Below are positions 1-11,500 of a stretch of DNA of 64,000 nucleotides, piece after piece. Under the pieces are notes generated by a model. That model searched no databases, was not told where the DNA came from, and saw only the letters and a list, made by a program, of their open reading frames with translations. The DNA comes from Tubiluchus corallicola (lineage: Eukaryota > Animalia > Priapulida): positions 806,001 to 870,000 of the forward strand of contig JAQGDQ010000043.1 in assembly GCA_030141605.1 (NCBI GenBank). The letters run 5' to 3'. A program made the position numbers and the translations under genes. Every line of letters starts with the position of its first letter. The stretch's first letter is position 1.

Positions 1-1182
1 TGTACAAAACATATGACCAATTCATGTTACTACAACTCCAAAAATAACACATTCACATACACTTTAAGTACGTAAAACAACGTTAAACTTTATAATACAT
101 AGTTGTTATAATTGTTGATATAGTTGTTGCGATTTCAACATAGCACTTTTATGTACATCAGAACTACAGGGCTTATAATTAGGCCAGTTATTTGTACCAA
201 TATCCTACAAACACAACCATAATACACAATAATAAAAGTGTAAATAATACAAGTACTTATGTTAGGTAGTGCAAAATCGCTGAATACCTATAAGCCGTAT
301 ACGGTGATTCCTCGTAAAACTGACTGATCTTCTTGGGTTTATTGCTAACAACTGTTTTACTTCGGTGTACAGAACAAATTCTCTATATAGACACAATGGA
401 AGGCAATAATGATACATCACATAGACAGAATTGAATATAATATATGAAACGTCAGAATATATGCGACAAACTTTAAATTTACAATTTACTATGATAATAA
501 GCCACCAGCAAGAGTCACCAGATTATAATTTAGTAGGTAAACATCTAAATTTAAATCAACAATGGAGAAATAAAATATATGAAACAATTTACATGCAACA
601 TTTACAATTTAACAATAAAATTAACTCACCAATAATTATGCATAACTACATAAAGTGGCCATCTGTTTACACATGCATAATATTGCCGACTAGATCAGCA
701 TATTTAATCACCTAGTTTTTGTAACAACTATTTACATGGATTGAATGATTGTCGATGGGCTTATTCAAAGATAAACAATGAATTTACGCTACCACGGTAT
801 TACGATATTGTCAAGATAATATTTACAATAGCCATGGTAGTACAATATTGCCAAAGTACCGTCTAAATATATATTATTATTCCAAATCTGAATGAGAGAA
901 ATTTCCTATTTTGCATTAAAATGAACAGATGAATCTCAGTAATACAATTTTCATGGAATATTTTTTCCTATGAAACATGTTTTATACTTTCCAACATTTG
1001 CATATTTACTAAGTTTATTAAATTGTGCTTGACTTTACTAAATTGTAGCTACCTTTAAAATTCTGCTTTTGTATGTGTTTATGAAACAATAATGTAAGCA
1101 AAAGTGACACTTAAGCAATTGCCCAGTCGACACATCTATACAGACATATTTGTGATGAAGTTGCTACTACCCTACAAAGTGA

Positions 1183-1580
1183 AATCAGATTTAATAATCA
1201 GCTAATAAATATAACCTTTTTCACAGTTCCAGCAATTGATGATGATCGCAAAAAGATCTAAGGTTAAGTGAACTAGAGAACACATTTGTGTATACTTGAC
1301 AATGTCTCGCAGCCCAAGCCATTGCAATACTAACAGTTTTAACAGCCAGCCAGTACCTTACGTACTTCATTTTTCTAGTTCCTAAACAAGATGCACACAG
1401 ACCAATGCATAATTATGTAAGGTCCATGTAAAACAACTGAAGTTACTAAATTGATGCGGCAGAAGGTTTTGCTTTATCCACAGGTCACGTGATAGTTGTA
1501 GTTAAGACGTGTTGCTGAGGTTCACTTAACCCTTGACCTATGAACAGCATGTGCATATAGCAAAAATGTGAAAAGGCTTA
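1183..1580. mobile_element. Dispersed non-autonomous element (HINE/MITE-like) just downstream of the BLTP3 stop, probably 3' UTR
   Basis: Reverse-complement similarity to 12861-13287; subterminal IR aacctttttcac / gtgaaaaggct; inner IR aaggttaagtgaac / gttcacttaaccctt. Confidence 0.75.
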
Positions 1581-1709
1581 TCGGTGGAATTTGCAATAAC
1601 TGTAGAATCTGTTTCTTTCTAAGTATCATATTGAGGGTTAAAGACTGAATCATATTATTGAGATTCAACTGCACAATGCCAGTTTATCAATTTATTAAGT
1701 TGGTATATG

Positions 1710-2578
1710 TTATTTCTTGTAGCGATCACCTTGTTGTTGGAATCCTCGAGAGTTTCTTTCACTCTGTAGCAATTCTTCCTGAAGTAGCTGCAATGTCTGC
1801 ATTAGCGACGACTTCTCCTTATCCATAAGATCAAGATCATCTTCACACGATAACACTTTCTGTTCTAGTCGAGCACATTCTTGACGAAGTCGAGACATTT
1901 CTTTTGTTTCCTCTTTCAGCTGACAGTTCTCCTCTAACAACCGATTCACTTTAGCGTTATTCAATGCTGACGTAGAAGTCAGGTGTTCCAGCTGATCTCG
2001 AAGTCGGCTATTTTCTTCAGACAATCCTAAAAACTTCTGCATGTCTTTCTTCAACTGTTCATTCTCACGCCGTAAGTAGTCCATGTTAGCACAATGTTCT
2101 TTAATAAGTAACTGGTATTTAATTCTATCGCTATCACGCCGCATCAAATCACTGCCAGAGCCACTATCCCGGCGAAGGTCAGTCAAACTACTCCTACGTT
2201 CCCTGTCTGTATTATTGTTAGCACCAAGCATACGATCCGGTGACAAGCGGTATTCGGGAGAAAGAATACCTTGATCGTCTCGAGTTCTTTCATCTTTCTG
2301 AACTTTTTCCTCCGGAATTTCTTCTCTAGACCTTTTGAGGAACAACTTTTCATCAACGCTGCTATCTTTCCTCTCGTCGAGATGTCCAGAAACTGCAAAC
2401 ACTCTTTCTTTAGCGGAATCAACACCATTGACGTCCACTGTCGGTTTACGAGTAATAATTGTAGGTATAGTCCCATCTGTTTGTGTTATTTTATGTTTAC
2501 ATGGAAGCTCTTGGGGGCAGATAAAGGCAACTTGAGTGGCTTTACTAACCAGCTCATGCGCTGTATTTCCTGATTCAT
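1710..2578 (-). CDS. BLTP3B: BLTP3 exon 24 (last; TQT motifs, long coiled coil, stop)
   Basis: ttattcag acceptor, phase 1; reads DESGNTAHELVSKATQV... into the 242-aa ORF ending TAA at 1710. Confidence 0.88.
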
Positions 2579-5500
2579 CTGAATAAGCACAAAAAATACT
2601 TTACACACCTACTACACTTCCTAATAATATTTATATGATTCACCATTTAATAATCAGAGTTACGTTCCAATACTTTCATGGATAAAACCACAAAAATATT
2701 GTACAAACAAAATCTATATGAAATCATTTAGAGACAAGTGACTTGTTTTTTGGAAACTTTAATCTTAAAATAAACTTTAAAACATACAGAATATAAATAT
2801 CATAAAAATTAGTTAAAAATAAATTTAGCTAAGTTTTCCAAATTTTTAAATAAAATTAAAATGATAAAGTGATAAAATGGCAGCAAATGTAGTTGAAATT
2901 TGATAAAATCGAGCAACTACAAATAAGTAAAACTGTGAAATAAACAATTCACAAACAGATTATAATAATGCAATAAAAATATCTTGACAATAATTAAAAA
3001 CAGTAATATTACATTATTATTAATTAAAGTTGCCCACCATTTGTAGGTTTGAAGTGAAACACTCCCAGCAGATCTCTCATGACAACTGCTGCATCAACTC
3101 GCAGAATAATCGGGACAGGTCCAGGTGATGTTATGTTGTTTGGAGGTCTGTCGTCCTATGGATAAATGTAATTATGGCTAATTATTTGTGTACAGTAAAT
3201 CCTCTCTTAACGACACTAATACATTCCAGCAAAACATCGTTAAACAAAACCAAGACGTCCATAGAAAGCAATAAAAAAATAATTGAGTTCCAGAGGCAAA
3301 AATCAATGCTACTTTTGCCTACTTCATTCATATAAATTAAATGTTTTATGAGTTTTATTCATATTTCTACGGACTAATTTGTTTCTGCTTGCTTGAAACT
3401 ATATACCTATCATTCTCACTAATACCTAGCTAGCATTAATGTTAAGCCTTAGCTATGTAGTTAATGGTTGAAAGCTGCATAGTAAAAGCCAAGCACCAGG
3501 GAGGCCTTGAAACAGTTTCGTGTAGATATTGGTTGATATAACAATCTGTTTCACGCATAATTCCTTGCATTAACTTTGCGCCCAGGCACCCACAAATAGA
3601 TCTTGATTTATACAAGTGGCTAGTAATTAGCAATCAGTCGGGAAGCAAAAATAGAAATTATAAATATACTCTTTTATGCTATTAAGTGGATTTTAGAATA
3701 GAATAATGGAATAGGTACTGTTTAATGGTTCAAATTAGGCAAAAATATTGCTGATAAAATAAAAAATGGTTTTGAGCAAAGTAAAAGATGAAATCTGTCA
3801 ATAAATGAGAAAAGGCGTTAAAACGAAACGTCGCTAAACGGGGAGTCATTAAGTGAGAACTTGCTAATATAATTAAGATACAAATAAGATATAATTCTCA
3901 CAGTTTGTTAAATGTTTGTGAACCAGAGGATAGTACTAAACTTCCAAAAACTTTGTCTCTGATATGTCTTGAAAAGAATTTTACAAAGTAAAGTGAACAT
4001 ATTCTAATACAGCAGCTTTGTAGTTTTCATTACAAAGGATAGTACAAACCTGCAGACGAACTTTAGTATTGTGCAGCATTAACTCCATTGGTAAAGGTGG
4101 AGTGATTATCTCATCTTCAATCAAATCTATCATGCCAGTGAGACTTGACATCAGCAGCTGCAATTCCAAACCTTGTGTTGCCACCTAGAAGATAAACAAT
4201 TCATTTACGAATATAAAAAAACACTTTTTATTACCAGAATTACAATGAATAACATTTTCTATCCACTTTTCGAATTATGCACAGCCACAGTGAACAACGA
4301 ACATGATGTGAAGAACAATTTGTTATTGTTACACATGTATTTACTTATATGCTTTTTTGTTACACTTTCCATTTAAATTGATTGTTCGTAGTGAGGCTTG
4401 CATTTTAAAAACATGCTTTTTTAAAAAAAACAATCACTAAAAGAATCAGTTTTAAGGATCGCTATAAAACAATCACACATAGAACTAATTAAGAACATGT
4501 AAATAGTTGATAATAATTTCCAGCAGCGCACACACAAACTAGAACAGGAAGAAAGTTTGAATATCAAATATAACATGGGATCTGTGTTGAATATATCTTT
4601 TTACTGCTTTTTTGAAACTGCGAAAAAATTTTATGGAATGTAATTTTTTACTTAATGGCATAATTATTACAGTGTTGGCTTTCACGAACAATGAAACAAA
4701 GCCAGTTTACTGAAAATCTGTTAGCTCATTACAAATATCATAATATCACATAGTATCATACTGAAATATTTAGCAAGCAAAACAAAATGGTGTCGTTATA
4801 AACTTATTCATGAAATCTTGTTAAACACACAAATTATTGAATGCTGGCATAACCACTAGATAAAATCTAACACAATTCAACAAATAAATAAGCTCAAGCA
4901 AAGACAGCACCTGCAGAAATCCACGATCTTCTGCACCAGGACATAACCGTTCAGTACAAGGACCTGATATGAATCGCAACTGTGCTACAGGCTGCTGCTT
5001 TCGAAGTTTTTTAACATCAACAACGCTCTCCTCATCAGCTTCTGTTTCTACAAAACAAACAAACATTAGCAGTATATGTTTACAATAACATTGTTGATAT
5101 GTTCATGTAAACTATACCTATATATACAAAATATAAGATAGCCGTATGGCAAAACTGTAAGTGAGTCTATTCACAGATTAGTTTCAAATTCTACAACAAA
5201 TCTGGAGCACATCCTTCTGGAAATACGTGGTTAGCAGTATGGATAATCACACACACATGCAGAAGAAATATGACGTAATACAAAAAGGCAAGCTAATTAC
5301 AGACAGTGCTACATAAGACAGCTGTTACATAAAAAATGAACTTTCATTTTTTTAGTTTAAAGCAATTATGGACCAACGCTTGCAGAAGCACATTTAAATG
5401 CTATTACATTGATATAATTTATCACTATCACTATTACTGTAACTGAATTTGGAGTGAAAATCTTCATAGTTGATGTTTCCCCACTCGTGCGACTTTATCT

Positions 5501-8500
5501 CGCTACACTGCAGCTTCAGCTTCAGGTCTTTTTTCTGTGTCTCCACGGCAACCTCAATGTTATTCAATGTCCATGATATCACAGACATCTGAAAAGTAGG
5601 CAATGTAATAATAATACAATGCATGAAGTGGCACACAATGGACTAAGTAGTCTTGACAAAATATAAGTGATAAAATTTTGAGCAATTCAAACCAATGCAA
5701 AAAAACTGTGGCCAGTAATCATAATAGAGTTATCATTAAACCAGATTTTAATTGCAATTAATCATTCTAGAAATATGCCAATACTATTTTACAATACCAA
5801 CATTGCTTTAGCAGTAGATAATGCTTATACATGTAATAGTCCTCTTTAGCGGCGCAGCTACATTTCGAGATACATCGATGCAAACATTAAAAGGACCACC
5901 AGCAAAGGATCGCCTTTTGCATTTTAAAAGTTTTACACCAATATATCTTAAATTTGATGCAAATGCTGATAGCAACTGTGTTAAAAAATTTGTCCAGTAA
6001 TATATAAATGTTGTAAAATACTTGCCCCCCAATAACACAAACATTTACAAAATATCGTATAATGTACTCATTTTAGAATGTGCATATACCAGTCATTTAT
6101 GAAAAAAATATTAACTGTCAATTAAAAAAATGGAAACACCAGTGTATAAATTTCTCCGTTTGAACAAAAAATCAGAAACATTTTTACTGTAAAAACGTCA
6201 GTGCAGCATGCACAAAAGCTGTGTAAAACAGACAAGATTTTCATAGAAAAACAAGTTTTGATCTTTATTTCTGCTGCAGGTGCTTACATTAAGCAAGTGA
6301 CAACAAATATGAAGTATATGAGCATCTTGGCTATTCTGATATTCCCAATTAACTGCTACCATTTGCTATTTAATCAAAAATACCAAAAATCTAAATTAAA
6401 CTTGTTTGTCAAGGCAAGAAGACACATGGAACATAAATCATACCCAGTATTTTCACCATGAGGTGATAACAAGAAACATTTTACTTTCACTGAAACATTT
6501 AAGAAAACTGAATGGCAAGGTAAACAAATTCTACCCAAGTACAAATTTAGACCACTTGAGTTTTCAAATGTATGTTTAACTGATTCTTAGCCCAGTAACC
6601 ACGTATAGAATAAAAACCGTGAAAATGTACAATGCAGTGTATTAAAGTCATTTTACGCAAAAATACTTTTAGCCTTCATCAGCGACTTTTAAATTCAAGT
6701 AATGAAGTCATACACAGTTTTATTCTTAATAATGGTGTCATTTTAACTTCGAATATTTTTGCCCACTGGGAATATACACTTACTAACCATTTTTACATAT
6801 TTAGCTTACTAATTCTCTGTTTTTTTTTGTGTAAATATTTATTTTATTTGTCTTGCAGTAATATTTTTAATTGTGATTTTTAACAAAGCTTTGTTTATTG
6901 TTATATGGTACCTTTTATGTACTGAAATAAACAAAATAAATAAATAATAAATAATTAACCCCTCCATAAAAACCCAAATGCTTTAAGTGATTCTTGGTTA
7001 GCTATCCTATATTTTGTGACACCATGTATTTTGATTTTAGTCCTTTGTTGGGTAAATATTTGTCTGGGGGCATTTGTCACAAAGTTGACCAGTAGTGCTT
7101 TGATTGGCTGTTCCTTGACCAATAGTTCTCTGATCCATAACCGATTTTAAATATGATTAACTAACTTACCCAGTCCTTCTTTGCTCTAAGTTTAGCACTA
7201 CTAGTTTCACTTGCATCATCTGGCACCAAACTATCAGCTATTGAGGGACACTTGTTCCCCGGTTTGATTGCAAATATACCATCATCATGGCGACTCGTTT
7301 CCATAGCAACCATGACAAACTGGTCGCTATCATCATCAGACAGATCACTGTGCTGCAAATACATAACAAAAATAAATACTTTGATTTAAAGCAAATATTA
7401 ATGGCTAGAGTCTAGCGGGAACCTAAATGCAGGATAGGCTTTAAGATTACAAGAAAGTGAAAAGAGAAACAAACTTTCAACAGGTGAAACATTTTCAAGC
7501 AGCTGATGACTGAAATGTTGATTATCATTATACTCGAAAATGAAATGTGCAACTGTGCATGCTGATTAGAAAATTAGGTGAAACAAATAATGACTGACAA
7601 ATGTTAATTAACTAGTATAACATAAAACAAAATATAATACATAGCTTTGACAGCAGCAGTTTTTTACCAAATGTTTTCCTATATTTTTGAGTAAAGGAGC
7701 TACTCACCATAGAGAGTGTCTCTTCGTCACCTAAGGACGATGTTCCGTCAGCATCCAGAAGGTTTGAGGTACTCAACGCCATTCGATCTTTGAGGCTACT
7801 GAAGCCCTTCGACAACGAGTCAAGGTTCGTTAAACTAAACCCCTTGCCTTTCCGACTTCCCAAATCTCCCCCGATCACATCTTTACTGTACGTTACTGTT
7901 TTACCGTCTTGACCACTAGGAGAGCCACGTCTGTCAGGAAGCATTATGGATGGAGCCTTAAGTGAAGAAGTGGGCCCCGATTGCACAGGATTAGAAATCT
8001 GTAAATAAAATTTCATTATTTATCTTAGCATTTTAATTTTAGTTCATTGGTAGTATCAGCAAATTTCAATATCTGTTATATGTGCACACAACAGTTTTCT
8101 TGCAAAAATTCTTGCAGTAATACAGATAATCATTCAGCTACCAAGCAGAAACAGCAAAACTGATAAACATTTTCTATATTATAATTGAAAAGCTACATTC
8201 ATTGTTCACATTTTGGTGTTTTGATGTATCATGTGTTATATTTATCTTTTTTTAACTAATCTTATTTATTTAACCTATTCTGTTATTTAGTGACTAATCT
8301 TTGTACATAATTTTATTGTACATGCATATAAACAAATAGTAATTATAATGCTGCTTTACATAAAAAAGTACTTTCATATTAAGAATTTTGATACATATTC
8401 ATTCAAACAAATAATAAGTTTTCTATTGCAATGTCCCATAAAAAGAACGGAAGCGTACTAGTTTACTACATTTTCTCTGAATATGATCCTAAGCAGCAGC

Positions 8501-11500
8501 TAACTACAAAAACAGTGAAACTTCAGCATAAAGATGCTAATGGTAACGATGCATATCGATATATATCAATTATCGTATCGATAGGAAAAGTTTGTTTTTA
8601 TCATTATCGTATCGATTTTATTCTAGAAATATTGTTATCATATCAACTTTGGCACGTATAGTTGCTTATCGCTTACCTTTATAAAATTGCTTCACTTAGC
8701 TTTTCTATTTATTTACTGTAACTGTGCAAAAAGTGGATAAAAAGAATTATTTAAAATTATTCCAAATCATGTTTTGTACTTTTGCCTGGCAATAGCAGTT
8801 ATCTTCATTCTGAATCATGCAGACAAAGTATAGAGAACCCTTGATACACTTTGATACTGATGCACGAATATCACATACACTACACCGTATTTTTAGTGCC
8901 ACTTTCCTGGTCATATGCAGCTCACATAAATAAATATTTTCATCGTAGTAATATGTTTAACTGTCACAGCTTAATTATTTATGAATAATTATGACAAACA
9001 AATTTGTCTTATACAACTAGCAACCATTTAAACACTGAACACTCAGAAGCACTTAATACTTTTAATTTTTAATGATATTTTTTCTGTTGTTGCATAAATT
9101 GTCTAACTTCAGTGTCGTATTTATCGTTTGAAATAATTCACCATATCGCATCGTATCACTTAAAAAATGGTTTATCATTTTCGTATCATTGGAAAAAAGT
9201 ACCATATCTTATTGCCATCGAATCGCCAAATTTGTATATTTTAACATCCCTACTTTAAAGTATTCTACTTGGTAACAGGTGTTGATTGATGTACCTGTTC
9301 ATGCATACTGTGAGCAGGTGATGGCACAGCACCCATGTACGATAAAATACTATGTGCAGGTGATGGTGCACTGTGAGCTGGAGAGATCATGCTAGGGACA
9401 GTAGATGATATCACAGTACTTTCCTCAATACCAAAACTTAATCCGACAGGTTGAAACATAGCAGCGTTTGCTAACTCAAACCTGAAACAAATTAAAATTC
9501 ATCATAAATTCAAGTAACATTTTTAAACAACAAGCAGCTTTTATGGCCATAAGTGTTTTTATTTTAATATCTACTTTCTTATAGGTAATGAGGAACCACA
9601 GTATGGACATCAGGAATATAGTAGCCAGAAAAATAAGTGGTTTAACTATGAATTTTATATTAATTTGAATCCATCTTTCTTTATAAATGAATTCCTTTCC
9701 CAACAATGCTAAGCATATGTAAACATGCATTTTTCATGAATAAGATAATGTCCTGCTTTTTAATCACAACCAAAATTGGTCAGGTTAGGGGAAAAAGGTA
9801 AACTAATGGATTTAATTTAAAATTTAGAAACGTGATGATACCAAAATTTAAGCTACAGTATGAGTAAGCATATTTAATTTAATTCTATGTGTATTTACTG
9901 CTTAATAACTTTTAAAGTAAATTTAAACTTTAAAAAACTTAAATGATTGGTTAAACGTTAGCTTGTGTAATGTGCAAATAGTCAAGGTACATTTGCTAGG
10001 TAAAATAAATGTGCTAATCACAATTGTAATTAAAGGCTTGTCGTACAAATGTTAAGTTAACTCATAAATTTGTAGCCTTAGCGCTCTATACTGTACAGCA
10101 CAATATTCAGAAAGTAAAGCTTTACACTTGTTATATTAAACACATTTTTAAACCATTTTATTATTCGGATAATAATCCATTTTTTAAACTTAAAACTAAA
10201 TTTTGGCAATAATTCTTAGGACAAAAGTAGTACAAATTATATAGAAAATTTTTATTTTTTTAACCCTGTTTGTAATTCAGATTAGTAACAATATATTTGT
10301 CTTAAAATTAGCCACTTCTTTAGAGTAACATTTTATTAAGAGCAAAATTATATCATAGATATCAGCTTTCCAGATATGTCTCCTTATTGACACGACAGTC
10401 TCAGTGTAATAAATTGTTAATATTTATTTGTATTTTTCAAATATCAATCAACATATAAACTGCAAAATTACTAATGTGCAACAGAAAGAAGAAAAATAAA
10501 AAACCATTAAAAGTAGATGACATAAAGTTAGAACATAGATTTCAGAAATTACAAAGCTTAGAAGAAGAACAAGAAGACAAACTAAAACAACACTGTGCAT
10601 TACAACACACAATTACTGCCAATGCAGCAGACTAATACACTTACGGAACTGCTGACCTCGATATGATGGTTTCGTGACCCTCTGCTAATGACTCGCTGGT
10701 CAACGTTGGAAGCTCTTCCTCGTCAACGTTATTTGTCATAGTCTTGTCTTCTGAACTCTGATTGGACAGAAAGTTTAAACTGCCTAAAATTGACGAACTA
10801 GACTGACTGATCTCCGATGGCAAAGTCAAGCACAGCATTGCAAATTCGACACTTGGCACAATGGTACAGGCAACGAATGCGGCAGGCGGCTGGGTGGGAA
10901 TGAGGTTCTGTGTGTCTTCTTCAACTTTTTCTAGGAGACTTGATACAGATTGCACTAATCGAAGAGTCATTAAATACTGATAATGTGTCATTTGAACATA
11001 TACTTTAGTCTGTATATGCACTAAACAATATACATCCAACGAACCACCAGATATCACATCACAAGTACTGGAATCAGAACACAGATCACTTTCACTATAG
11101 TTTGGCACGTTATAATGTTCATCATCTAAAGAGTAATACTGTTTTAATAATTTACGTCGGTCAGTTCTACTCAGTGACCTCACTTTAGGATGGCAACTCT
11201 GTTTGTCCTGAACTAAACTAAGTGAGTCAATTCGTGGTGAACGTTTCACAGCTTGAGGTGGTGCACGAGTGCGATGAAGCCACAACGTAACAGGAAATGC
11301 TTCCACAAACGAAACTGGACGACCTTTCCAACATTCGGCTCCTATGTAGTCTATCCAGAATTGATCCATTGTGACTGACCAAATGTCATCCTGAGCTAAT
11401 GTATTGAACATGCCTTGACTTAAACGAATCTAAAAAATAACAGTGTAAAGCTATTTCAGCAAAAAAGTAATCACACACAACAATACATGATAGTAAATTT

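Noticed and set aside
431-715. Short AT-rich ORFs here and through the introns (e.g. 6201, 6632, 18015, 27756, 31939, 47509, 55143)
   Set aside because: Composition reflects AT-rich non-coding DNA; no domain motifs or splice support.
2083-2573. Antisense and alternate-frame ORFs over BLTP3 exon 24
   Set aside because: Shadow ORFs of a real coding exon with no recognisable motifs.
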